This document shows, in pieces, positions 25,201 through 38,147 of a stretch of 64,000 nucleotides of DNA. How positions within the stretch are numbered: position 1 is the first letter of the stretch; each line of letters begins with the position of its first letter. This DNA is from Takakia lepidozioides. Taxonomy: Eukaryota; Plantae; Bryophyta. The notes under the pieces are model-generated. The model worked only from the letters and a program-made list of their open reading frames with translations, was not told where the DNA came from and searched no databases. The stretch is from positions 81,902,001 through 81,966,000 of the forward strand of contig CM060731.1 of the NCBI GenBank assembly GCA_030704615.1, written 5' to 3'. The position numbers and the translations under genes are program-made.

Positions 25201-26215
25201 CATCATGTATTACAGGTGTGAGAGTTTGATGGATGCCACCCGAGTATTTGACACAATGCCCAAGCGAGATGGGGTCTCATGGACTGCTATGATTGCAGGA
25301 TCTACTCAGCATGGTCATGGTGAGGAGGCTTTCAAACTCTTTCAACAAATGCAAAGAGAGGGTGTGAAGCATCCCTGGAACAGGGCAAGTGGGTCCATGC
25401 CTACATTATCAGATCTGGGTGTGAATCAGATGTCTATGTCAGGAGTGCCCTCATTGATATGTATACCAAATGTGGGAGTGTAGATGCATGGGAGATGTTT
25501 GACAAAATTCTTAAACCAGATGTGCTCTCATGTACTGCGATGATTATAGGATATGCTCAGCATGGGCATGATCACGAGGCTCTCCAACTGTTTGAACTGA
25601 TGCAATTGAAAGGTGTGAAGCCAAATGAGGGCACATTTATTGGTGTTCTCTCTGCATGCAGCCATTTGGGCCTTGTAGATGAAGGTGGTAACCAGCTGCT
25701 TCAGTGTGGGGGGGGGGGGGGGGGGGGCCTTGCTTGGTGCCTCCAGAATCTTATGGAAGTGTGGAGTTAGCAGAGTGTACTGCAGAATGTATTTTCAAGG
25801 TGAAATCACAAGATGCTGCAGTGTATGTGCTGCTTTCAAACATTTATGCTGCAGCTGGTAGGTGGGCTGATGTAGCAAAAGTGAGAAAAGCAATGGACGC
25901 CAGAGGTGAAAAAGGAACCAGGCCACACTTGGATTGAGGTGGAAAACAGGGTGTATACATCTGCCGTTGGAGATAGATCTCACCCACGAGCAGAGGAGAT
26001 CTATGCTAGATTGACTTGGCAGATTAAGGAGGCCATTGCTTTTGGGCTCATTAGCACACCCCCTGGGACCCTATCCGCATCATTAAAAACCTACGTGTAT
26101 GTAGGGACTGCCACACTGCCACCAAGTTGATATCCAAAATTGTTGCACGAGAATTGCAAGGGATGCCATCTGCCTTCATCACTTCAACAATGGGGTGTGT
26201 TCTTGTGGGGATGGA
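22240..26215 (+). pseudogene. PLS-E-E+-DYW PPR pseudogene 2 (mosaic; HxE motif deleted)
   Basis: Leader in frame with GRLTEALQTL..; PLS motifs; KKEPGHTWIEV PG box; KEA joined directly to IAFGLIS; KNLRVCRDCH. Leader restarts at ~23845 and ~24170. Confidence 0.9.
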
Positions 26216-26546
26216 GCCCTTGATGAACTTGCATGAATATTGTCAAAAGCTAGCCTTAACCCACCAAAATCCAATCCCATGGATGCTTGAAAGTTCATAC
26301 AGTGAATGTAAGGGTATTTGGGTATGTTGTTATTGATTGATGCGGCTTGTGAAAATTGAATGTTGAAATGCAGATCCGCCATTTTTCTTCCAGAAAAAAA
26401 CAAAACACGGGATCTCTTCATGTACCACCATGGGGATGACCCAGCTCCTTTTTGTGAAAAATTGAACATAGTTCTCAGAATTCGTTGCTAGTAATGCGGA
26501 GCAACGCGAAGCCCTAGTGCAGGTTACTGCCTTTCTTCTCTCTAAG

Positions 26547-26728
26547 CACTTGAGCAGGTAGCCCAGTGGTTGGGTGTTAGTGCCTTGCCTGTGCATAACC
26601 TAGGTGATCCTGGGTTCAATCCTTCAACATGTGCCTTCAGACCGTCCATTGGGCCCTCGATGGCCTGTGTGTTGAGCAGTAGGCTCTGTAAATTCACTGG
26701 ACGTTAAGAATCTTTATCTTTATCTTTA
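26547..26728 (+). mobile_element. tRNA-derived SINE
   Basis: A box TAGCCCAGTGG 26559-26569, B box GGTTCAATCC 26613-26622, (TTTATC)n tail and TCTAAG duplication on both sides; second copy at 54543. Confidence 0.8.
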
Positions 26729-26799
26729 TCTAAGAAAGGTAGTGTAACTGTCATTTCTCTATATAACCTGATGCTTACTTTACTTTACCTGATGCAGTG

Positions 26800-27388
26800 A
26801 ATTAATGAACTGGCATTGGTTGTTGATATATATTTCTGCATCTTATAAGGGTTGTTTGTGACAGGATTATCTTTGGTGGCTTCATGTTTTGAATCCTGGA
26901 TGTGCTATGCTGCATTCCCATCAGACCAAGTAACCGCCTAGCATCAGGAAATGAACTGGCATTGGTTGTTGATATATATTTTTGCATCTTATAAGGGTTG
27001 TTTGTGACAGCATTATCTTTGGTGGCTTCATGTTTTGAAGCCTGGATGTGCTATGTTGCATTCCCATCAGACCAAGTAACCGCCTAGCATCAGGAATTAA
27101 TGAACTGGCATTGGTTGTTGATATATATTTTTGCATCTTATAAGGGTTGTTTGTGACAGCATTATCTTTGGTGGCTTCATGTTTTGAAGCCTGGATGTGC
27201 TATGTTGCATTCCCATCAGACCAAGTAACCGCCTAGCATCAGGAATTAATGAACTGGCATTGGTTGTTGATATATATTTTTGCATCTTATAAGGGTTGTT
27301 TGTGACAGCATTATCTTTGGTGGCTTCATGTTTTGAACCCTGGAGGTGCTATGTTGCATTTTCCCATTAGACCAAGTAACCGCCTAGA
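26800..27388. repeat. ~149-bp tandem repeat, 4 copies
   Basis: aatgaactggcattggttgttg recurs at spacings of 146, 149 and 149 bp; copies are nearly identical. Confidence 0.95.
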
Positions 27389-28122
27389 CTACCTGCAGAT
27401 CATAATGAAAAGATCAGGTAAGCTCTACCATCGTTTATCATGATTACCCCTCAAGGTATGCCGCGTGCTTTGCCATGATGGCATATGCGGTTTCTTTTTG
27501 AAGTGGTGTGCCTCCCTGAAAGAGACCAAGTGGTTCCTGGACTTACCTTTCACAGGAACCCCTCACGATACTTGGCAGAAACTTGTTTACGAATGCGATG
27601 GTATCCTTGGCCCTGGTATTGTCAGAGTCGAGAAGCTCAAAGCTTGATGGAAAACCTGTTTGCTGTTTTTTTACCCTCGCAAGACTGGTTACACAACACT
27701 GATTGCTGTTTGCTTGACTTACACGGATTGACTTTGTACAGAAGAGATGCTTACAGTTCTGGTTTCTGATAGCAAGAAAAATTAACGACTATCTCTACAA
27801 CTAATTCTAACTGCACAGTACCGGGGAACACTCCTGGTCCACCCAGCCACCACACCGTGCCTTACTCTCTCTGTACATTATCTCCTCAATTCCAGACTTG
27901 CCCAAGGATCTACCGCACAGCCTTCTTCGCCCCCGTCCCTGGTTCTCCTTCTTCACATCCTCAGTAGCTGCCGAAACTTCAGCGGTTGCCTTATGCTCTT
28001 GCGAATTTGTTCACAGTTCCAGTCCGAGCTCCGTTGGCACCTAACAAGCTGTATGATTCTTCTCAGCTGCAGTTTCAAGAGGACTTGCTTTTCTCTTACA
28101 GTGTACTATCTCTTGCAATCAG

Positions 28123-28594
28123 GTGTCAGTTTGCAAGAGGGGGTTGCGAATTGATGTGTAATGGCACAAGTGGAAAGCAACTCAACGCGTGGATCACCAT
28201 ATAGGACACATTCTACCAACGCCTGGATCACATGGCTGAAGATAAAATCAAGTATCGTGGCAAAATTCTTCCTCACCCGCCAACCTGTAAAGAATCGGAA
28301 CAGCCTTGGAGGGGTTAAAATCTGGGGAGATGGAGCGAGATTGCTTGCTTGGGCACGGAGCTGCAGCTACCCTGCGAGAACGCTACTTTCTTCTGAGCGA
28401 TCCATACAAGATGAACGTATGTTCCAATTGCAGGCGGCCAGCCACCATGAATCTGAACGCGCACACCAAGCTGCTGTTTTTGCAAATGTGGCAAGCACAT
28501 TGTGCAAATCCAAATTCCTTATGCCTGCAAGTTCCTTTGGCAGGAGCTCTTCAGCATGGGCATCTGCGTTTACGTGGATACCGAGCTCTGCTGA
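28123..28594 (+). pseudogene. C-terminal exon fragment of RNA polymerase second-largest subunit, Pol IV/V (NRPD2/NRPE2)-like
   Basis: FYQRLDHMAEDKIKYRG, LTRQPV..GGVK-GEMERDCLLGHGA, IPYACKFLWQELFSMGI; several frameshifts. Confidence 0.75.
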
Positions 28595-31500
28595 TCTACA
28601 AGGTTAGTGTGCATCTCCATCCCTCTTGTAAAGGACTCAGTTCACCTATCATCCGGGTTTTGCTTGCACCCTCAACTCGTCCTCTATATGTTACTGTAAA
28701 CACAGAGGCGCAGTTTGGTGAGGTTGGAAGACTACACACTGGGATTATCTCCTACATAATCTGAGCTGAAGTGGAGGCCTATCAGAATTGTGCCAAGCAT
28801 GTAACTTCATATTTTCTCCAGGAGTGACAACCTTTCTTTCTACAGTGAGGAAGTTTCACAATGGCAACTAATGACAATCTCAACTTCTACTCAGGAGTGC
28901 ATTACACCAGAAAAAACTTCTGGAATCGCAGGCTAACTGAGGTTTTAGAGAAATCTCAAAATTACCTGTTAATGGTGTGACAAAGACTCTACTTTGGAAA
29001 AAAGGGGAAGCATATCCACCGTCATCACCTGGAATGTCTACTGCAAACTCAAGAGGCTACATGCTCCATGCACATTTAAAGGTGACAATAGATACTGACT
29101 AACAAGACCTATGAAACAAAACAATACTCAAACCACTTGGACTTGGTTCAAGCTCCGACATGTTTGAATCAAGGGAAGATATTTTGAATATAAATTGCAA
29201 AGAATGTTTTGACAGAATCTCCCTGTAATTGACACATGCGCACAGCCCCCTAAATATGAAAGGTGCTGCCACCTATACACAGACCAAGAGGTTCAAAAAT
29301 TCTGGAAAAGTTGCATATGTTGGAGCTCTGTCTTCAGAAGCACTCAGAAGCACGCCTCCAGCAAGCAGCAACAACAGACGGCTGCCAAGCTGCACAACAA
29401 CAAAGTCTTCACAGTTAAGGACTGCAGGTAGATCTCTCACATCTCTCTATCAACCAAGCTCAGAAATAGAAATCACCACCTCTAAGTCCACCGCCTCCAA
29501 GTCCAAACTGCAATCTCCAGAATCTCCAGCATAGAGAGTGCAAGTATGACCTTTTTGCTTTCTATCTCTCTATGCATTCCACATATAAGGGCACTCACCA
29601 GCCTTCTGCAAAGGATGGCCCTTGCTTCTGCTGTGGAGGTGGCTGCTGATACATCCCCTGCTGCTGGGGCGGATATCCCTGAGGTGGATACCCTTGAGGA
29701 GGGTAGCCCTGGGGAGGAGGAGGGTATCCCTGTTGAGGGTAACCTGCAACCGACACAGAATTGAGTTAACACTAAAGTGGAAAACATCACTTTATGTCTG
29801 GATAATGTTAGAATTGGATATTATGAAATCTAGGATAAGAGAAGGAACTGAGAGAACCTCATGCTTTAAGTTAGGATGAACCAGCATTTATAGCAAGTCC
29901 CCATATCTCACCCAAATTGCAAAAGCTCTCCATCCAATGTAAGTACAATCTTAGAAAATGGATCCATTTGTTAAACTGACATGTTTACAGTGAAGCAAGA
30001 AAGAAGGGAGCACCCATGCCCACACAAAGTCCTAACATAAAATGCTGGAGGATTCTGTGCTCTGATTATCAACTTTGTAGAAGGAAGCTCGAAAGCCAAA
30101 GAACAGTCATGGAGTTTTACATGCATCAACTGACACTATAAATATTTGCAAATCCCTTGATGAGTTCAAGATTACTTGTTAAACACACAGTATTGAGCTC
30201 AAAAGGACTTCTACAGTTAACTAGTGCCAACACCGAGAGATTGACCTATGAGACCCAATCACCAAACCACAAAATCCCAGAGTATTCTCAGCCTCTTCTA
30301 TCATCACTCCAATCTCTGATAGAAACACAAATAAATTGGTCATAACTGTACAAAGGACCCTTATGCATGCACATCTTCTATTCATCACTCACCCATACCA
30401 ATGAACTTGACTGGTCATGGGTTGGAAGGTAAGGGGATTGCATCTATAAACTCCACATGTAGATAAACTTGGACCATACGACAGCTGAATAATCGCAACA
30501 GTGGACACATCCAGACAGACACCAAACCATGCTATCACTATCAAGGATATGATTGACATTCTCCACATGTTCCTAATGGTGGTCTTACTTGACAGTTGTA
30601 AGCTAGCAGTGAGTTCCTCTCTTACCTCAGGACCCCTCCACCACCTCTGAGCTTATTCTACTAATGCTACTATCACCTCTCTAAAATCCATTTTGTGCCA
30701 CCTACATTCAGGCAAAAACCAAAGCAACTAATAAATCGTTTCTTTAGCCACCTAAATTAAATCAGCCAACCATCGAATCACTGTAGCACAACTTGTCTGA
30801 GGAGCGGAAGGAGATTCTATGACATGATCTTGACTCCATCACCTACCTTTCCGACCCGTCATACTCTTTGAAAGGGTTCTCAAACCCAAGTAGTGTGGTT
30901 TTTTGGATCTTTAGAGAATACCTCTTAAGATATCATAGCTCAAGGATTTCTACAGGTCACTTGATCCACAGTCAAAGCTCCATCACACATTGACTTTGCC
31001 AATACGGTTTGATCTTAAACAATAAACTTGCCATGATCATGCAATAAATGTTTCACAATCGTTGCGTTCCAGCGACAAAAAAAGTCGCAGACTTCTGCAG
31101 ATCGAAAAACAAAAGCGCGAATCTTCATAGATCTCAAATTAATGAAAGGCTGGTCTGCTTCCTTTGTGCCTCTTTAGACTGTAGTTAAGAAGGGCTTCTT
31201 TTGACTTCAAAAGAAGACAAAGAGGTATACCACCAGCGCAAAAGCTTCCTTAGTTCTGGAACTTGAGAGTCGCTTTTGCTGTTTGTTATAGCCTTCTCAC
31301 TCTCCCGACATGACGAGAGAAAAGGGGAGAAGGCGCATCTAGATAGACCAAGAGCAGGCTCAGGAGAGCCAATGTCCCAGACTCACTGAGACGTAAAAAC
31401 AGGAAGGAATGGCACAAACTAGAGTGCGGAGACCATTCCCGTGGTCAATGTTGCGATTATCTGACACACGACCAGAAACGGATGGCAACAATAGAGCAAG

Positions 31501-33129
31501 ATGAGGCGTACGGAGACTATATTACCGTAGCCCTGGGGTGGGGGCGCGCCTACGGGAGGAGGTTGCTGATTGTAATAACTCATAGCTGTAGCGAGCTACT
31601 CTCGATCTCCCTCTTCCCAACCTCCTGATTTCTCCTTCCCTGCAAGATCCAACCACTTCTCCTTCCGAAATCACTTCTCTTGGCTCTCAAACCGAGTCTC
31701 CGCCTCCCCACCGCCTATCTCCAGATCTATTCTCAGTCTCTTCCCAGCGCGTTGCTCAACTGTCCCTCCCCCTCTTCCCTATGTACCAAACAAAGCGCAG
31801 GAACGCGCACAGGTCCTCGCACCACGCGCAATCCCTCTCCCTCCCTCTCCTTCCCTTCCTCCTTCCTTCCCTTCCCTTCCTCAGTCTTCCCACGCTCCAG
31901 TCTCTCTCTCGCGACAGTCCGCCAACCATCGGCCCACCGTCGTCCGTTTTCTAATCCAACGGCCGCGATGCAGTATCTGTCGGTAAAAGGTCACTGCCCG
32001 CGTGTTCGAATCTGGGGCCCACCTGCTTCCGCGTCCGCAACCCGGTATTGGCTTGCACACTGAGGTTAATGGTTAATGGCAAGTAATAGAAGAGGCCCTG
32101 GAGTTTAATGCGCCATCAGCGGGGCTGCCTACGTGACCCCCCTTGGCGGCAACGCCGCGGCCCGCAGTCGCCGCGATTGGGCTTCCCGTCTCCCCCGCCG
32201 GCCTCCGTCCCCTCTCAGGCTGTCACCCATGTAATACATGAAACGGTTTTACTTCAACTGTATTACCACGATGCATGCATCCATATGTGAAGGTTGTCAT
32301 ATATGCATGCGTCGTCCCACATGTATGCATGTCTGCTCATACATGCATTGTTCATAATTGCATACAGATTAGGACGTGATCGTGCTTTGCGGAAGTGATT
32401 GTCAGCTGCTTACATAGACGCTGAAGGCGACGCTTCGTATGCGAGGGAACGTCTCTCCTCAACCACGTCGCTTGAACCGCGCCACCGTCTCTATCGATGC
32501 CGTAGTGCGTGTTCTGGAAACATCATGTGCAGACGTTGTGGCAAGTTCAGTGAAAGATATGCCCCGCAGGAAAGCGCTTTCAGAGGAGGTTCTCAACAGC
32601 GCCAGTCTTTCCTGTTTGTTTCTCATTGCTTTGGTTACACACCCTTTGCCCGCTTTTTTCATGTAAGTAGCGCTTGGATCTTGTGCAACACGATTCGGAA
32701 GGAAGTGTACGTATACCGAAACGCCTTCCTTTTCATTTGCTTTGCTGCGCGACTGCTCTTCTCATGCTCGAGAGCTTCTGTTGATCTGCCTATATCATTC
32801 TCGTGTTGCAGGTGAAGCTAGAAGGCCTCCATAAGTCTGTCTTTAGGGTTCACAGATTAATGTGAGTTTTGTGGAATTTTTTTATGTCGTCACATTGTGT
32901 TCCCATTGGCATTGTGTTGCCAATGTCTTGCTCTTCCCTCCAATGAATTCTTCGTGTGCCAAATGCATGACTTCTTTCGGTTATGCGAGATGGTGGCGAC
33001 CAGAATGGAAATGGCTTATACTCCATTGTGAGGGCCCATGTTAGTACCCATTCGCACTCTCAGTTTGTGCCTTAACATGAACGTCGGCTTCTTCAGGGCA
33101 AGAGTGGTCTACGTTGTCTACCTGTACTT

Positions 33130-36100
33130 CCGAAATGGTGAAAAAATTGGGAATGCTCAAGAGAGAGAAAAGGGAGGATGAGGACTAAAAATGTACCCTG
33201 TGTTTGAAGCCGGTCAGAGGGCATTGATGGAGACTGTTCTAAAGGACCATGGGCATCTGCCGCGCAAAAACTCGCGGGCGAAGGTGGGCTGGGAGGACAG
33301 TGGGTGTGAAGACGAATTTCAGCCAGAAATGAAGCGGAGGAGGCATTTGCGGCTACCAGCTAAGGACTCCTATGTACCTCTTCAGGCGGGGGACATGACA
33401 ATGGACGAGGAAACTATCATGCTGTGACCCACCAACGAGGACACATACAGAGGCACCAACTCTGGATCAGTTGATCAAGTCTGCTTTGCTTCAATCCACG
33501 ACTAGAGAAGAGGCCAAACAAGCCTTTGTGGCAGCTTCTCTAATACTGAAATCTGACATTGTCGTGCCTCCCAAACCTGCACCTGTTGCACGCCCAGGTC
33601 TCAGCTACCTCATGGATTACAATTTGTTGCCTGATGGGTTCCCTTTACCTGACAATCCCTGCCTTTTAGAAAGTCTTGCTGCACTTGTGGGGAGCGCGGA
33701 GTTTGCTAATAGTATGATGGGTAAAGCGTATGGTCAATGGTTTGTCCGACGCATGGTAATACCTCTTCTAATCCTCTCCTGCACTGACCGCCCTATTTTC
33801 TGTCATACATGTTTTTCCATTGTGAGCACGCATTTAAGTCTGTGGAATGGTCACGTTCTCCTGCATTTGTATTCCAGCATCTATATTGCAAAGCTGTTCC
33901 TCTTGGAGGCACATGTATACGCATGTAGCTGAAGCCCGTGACGTTCTCTGCACCATGCACATTGGTGTGAGAATATTGTCATTTACAACTCAGGACCTGC
34001 AGCACCATTGTCTTATATGCATTTGAATTTGAACATATTGTTTTGCATGGGTTTTGTTTTCATGCATTGTAATGTGCCTGTTTGCGTTTCTGTCCATGAC
34101 CTTCATTATGGGAGGGGTCTGTTCTAATGTCAGTACACATCTGTTTCATGGTGTGGTAGCAGCATGATGCACCACCGCAGGAGGAGGCACTTCTTCGCAA
34201 GAAATTGGCATGCTTTTCAATACGTCCTGGTTTTACTCCTGACCATGCAGCTCAATACGCTGAGTGCAATGATGTTGTCAAATACCACAAGTACAGGGCT
34301 GCCATCATGGACTGTGACATGAAGGAGGTTGCTGCTCACGCTGCATTGGAGAGTACAAGAACTCAGTTTGTGGAGGCTGGATTGCATAAATGGGACAGAC
34401 AGGTCAATGACGAAATACATGAGAGTAAATGGGGCTGGTCCCCACTTTTCAAAATTATCAAGGCGGGTGACATCCCAGAGCTCTCAAATAATATGTTCAC
34501 ACATTCGCGGGAGGAAGCCCACATGTTCATGGTCATTTTGGCAGGAAGTTGAAACACAGCACCACCTCTGAAAACACCGCAGTTCACGCGGGTGTTGCTT
34601 CTCATTTGGATGTGTCGCGTTTAGAAGACAATTCCCCTATCCACACCAAGGAACTCTGTGTTGCGCGACCTCCTCCACCAACTTCTAGACACACCCGAGG
34701 GTCACGTGGCCATTACAAATGCAGCCAATAATTTTCTTGAGATTGGATACTTTCTATATGGTTGCATGGCACCATAGGAGCAGGCTCGAAGAGAGGTGCT
34801 GGACTCTGTGGCAGACCTTCTGGAGAGACAAAAAGACGACCAAGACCGCGCCATACAGTCGCTGTAGGCTTTTATGCAGCAAGTCAGATGCAGGACTATC
34901 CGTGACCTTGCCATTGTTAATCGTACAGTTTCTGAGGTCTTGTGGTGTGGAGGGGGATAACTAGGAATGGGGGTTGATAAAGCCATCCTTGAATTTACTG
35001 AAATGTTGAGGTTTCGCAAGGAAGACATGGGGTGGCTTCCTTGCCCACCAAGTATGTCATTTCAATGCTTTCGAATGTCCACGCTGCAAGATTTCATTGA
35101 ATTAGCAAATAATATTGTCCACCATGTTGTCATGTGCTGAATCCATCCTTAACCCGGCCTCATGTGCAACATCTGCTTTGGATGTGTGCAGACAGCTTTG
35201 ACTATGGTGAATCCCCGGTGTTGCAAGCTTTGAAAAATTTGGAACACAGTGCAGATGCTCTCATCACGGCCAGGCAGGGGGTGGCTGAAGCACGTTTTGC
35301 AAAAGCGGGTGGTGATGTTGGCAAGTGGGCTGTCATCCACCGACCGCATACACCACCCATCACAGCAACAACCGCACACCTTGTAGACATCCCCGCGAAT
35401 GCAAATATCGCAACACTGTGCAATGTTGCTGAGCTTGCCACCAAATCCATGCCTCAGTCAGAAAATGAAGAACATGAGGTGCAGCAGACGGTGGAAACAG
35501 GTCCTCTGTGTCCAAGGACTGCAGGCATGCCCTCAGAGGGCAATACTGATGACCTTGCATCCACAACCAACGGTGGGAAAGCGATTGTGTGCCGGTCTGA
35601 TGATGAGGCATCACGACTTCTGAGCCACCTCCCCGAACACAATGTGCCATCTGCCAAAGTCTGTGCCGACCTTCTTTGTCCGGAAACAGGTCCCCTGACT
35701 CAACTTGAAATGGACTTGTCTTGCAGTCAGGTATTCCCTGACTTTGGTGGACCGCCTCCCCCTATGGGGTCTTTCACTTCATCACATAACTTTGTGAGTC
35801 CTCCCCCCATTTCTGTCCGAGATCCCACTGATGAGGGTGAAATTGTGCCTGCAGTAACCAATGTCGGGTCGTCCAAAACCCCTCATGGTGAACTGCTTGA
35901 ACATTATGATACGCATCATTGGCACATTATGGCCTTGCCCTCGTCGTTTCACGATGATTTTTGATGGTCTGAATACTCCGAACAGCACATATGCCATGGC
36001 ACGATTTGATGGTGATGTGCATGGGAGTGTGCACAAAGGACCTAAACGCTCTCACTCTGTTACCTTTGCCAATCCCATTGCCACCCATACCACTCTACCT

Positions 36101-37290
36101 GCCAGCGCAGACAATCCTCCGCTATGTCAACTTCCATCCACTGATAATCAAGTAGTTGCAGCCCGTGGGAAAAAATCATTGTCCAGGTATGCATTTGCAT
36201 TCGTTGCACATGCACATGTTTCTTTGGCCCATACAATGTAACTGTCATGCAGATTGTGTTGTTGTCATGTGGATTCCAAGCCCATTATGCTCTACAATCC
36301 ACTCCCAAAACCAAATTTGTCAAGGACAAATTCAGGCGTTGCTTTCAGATCTTGCGGCAGCATTGCGTGGGCAAGGACATATCTATTTTTAGTCAACCCT
36401 ACGAGCCAATGAGGAGCATCGAGCTGTGCCACTATCTCCAAGTTGTTATGGGCCAGGCCAATCTCGGCGACATTAGAGAGATCTTTGAACGGTATCACAC
36501 TAACTCTCAGGAAAGAACGCCACAAATCTGGGCTTACATTCTCATTGATCAACCCTCTCAAACACCTTTTGGTGGCCATAATCTGATCATCTCAAAGACA
36601 ACATGTGAACACAAGGGTTGCAAGCGGCTTGAATCCCTGACGAATGCTGCCAAATTGCTGGAAAAGGCTGGGTGTCATCAGGAGGCAGTCTTAAAATTGC
36701 TTCAGGCTCTGTGGTTGATGATGCTTTGGGGCAATGGCAACACGGAATGGCATCTCAGGCCTTCTAATGAGGCCCTTGGGGTGCTGCAGGAAACTCAATC
36801 CCTGATACAAAGAGAAGGGATCAGCATTGATGTTGTATTATTGCATGAACTCCAACTTCTGCAATCAGTGAGATCTGGCACATTCCATGTAGACAAGGAG
36901 AACTGGGAAAAGGCAAAAGACACCAAAACCATTCAGGCTTAAGCTGATCTCATGCCATCAGGCTGCCCCATATGCTAGCCAGATTTCTAGACCAGTGGAG
37001 GCACAACGCAACGCACAAGCTCTCACTTATCAGGGTTTCAAATTAACTAAGCTGTGTCATGGTCTCTTTGAGGAGGTTGTTTCTCCCTACTCCACTGCAT
37101 GTATTGGGCGTATGAAGATGTGTGCAGGTTATGGCCAATTTGTTGCTCCGTCAAATTTCACCCACGCGTTGGCTAGTAGTTTTTCCCTCAACTCCGAGTT
37201 TGACAAACTAAGCACCCCGGGGTATGGAAGCATTGGCGAGTGGGTTGCCATTCTTTCCCTGCCACTAAGGCTGATCGACTGGGGTTGAGT
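33130..37290 (+). pseudogene. Degraded multi-exon gene of unknown family, possibly a TE accessory gene
   Basis: Colinear + strand ORFs broken by single stops; GT-AG intron candidate ~33756-34160; no domain recognised. Confidence 0.3.
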
Positions 37291-38147
37291 ATATATGGTG
37301 GGTGGGCTTTGACGTTGCTTGGGACTCTCAACTTCACAGATTCAGGCTGCCCAACCTCTGTACCTGGTCTCTTTCTTCGGATGGTGTCTGGTACTGTGAC
37401 CTCTTTACTTCACCTCCTGTTTATGATGTATACTCAATGGCACATGCCCCTGTTCTTGGATCAACAGTATACTTCTGATCATTTTACTCTCATGCACATG
37501 CCCGCTTTCCAAATGTACATGCCACACTCCCCCCTCTATTTGATAAAAATCCAAGGATATCTGTACATGCTCTTAAGTTGTCTTGTTCTATGATTTCGTT
37601 ATCTCACTTCCATCCTATGATATGTATTTAGATATACATGCCCCGGTTCTTGGATCAACACTCAGTATCTTATTTTTACATACTTATATGAAGTCTACTT
37701 ACCAAATGGCGCATGTTATCAATTGTTGTACCAGTAATTACTATGACCATGCTGACAACGTTCTATGTCTCCGACCTATGCACCCTAAGGCACATGCGCC
37801 TGCCACACCATACAGGAACTCGGACTTATGATTATGAGCACTAACAATATATGTACATTTCCGCTATGCTTAAGACAATAGGTTGCTGCTCACCATCTCA
37901 AAACATCCACAACAATGACAGACCAAAGACTCTCACATTATGAAAACACCAGAATGCAGGTTAGGTTACATGCCCTATACCCTCCCCACTTCATCTCAAG
38001 TGATATCCAACTACAAGCGACCATGGTGAAGCAGCTCATTGAATCTCCCATGTACCATTCCCCCTCTATGAACTTGTGTTCTTTTCAATGCCATGTCATT
38101 TCACTCTGTTTTCCCTTCTTATTAGAATCACCCTAAATTTTTATGTT

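Larger units (their letters stand above)
20065..26517 (+). mobile_element. Non-autonomous Helitron/Helentron-like element 2 carrying a SUMO exon and a PPR-DYW gene
   Basis: Same 5' hairpin and gcaggaatagggtgccatagtgccac leader as element 1. 3' TCGTTGCTAG, identical hairpin and CTAG|T at 26517. Shares a ~120-bp subterminal block (26297-26412 vs 19885-20000). Confidence 0.8.

Noticed and set aside
26547-26630. Functional tRNA gene (also 54543 and 42855)
   Set aside because: Only the A/B boxes are retained, with no convincing cloverleaf; the tail and TSD indicate a SINE.
28860-31000. LINE remnant
   Set aside because: Only a weak ITWNV-like motif near 29025; no RT motifs could be read.
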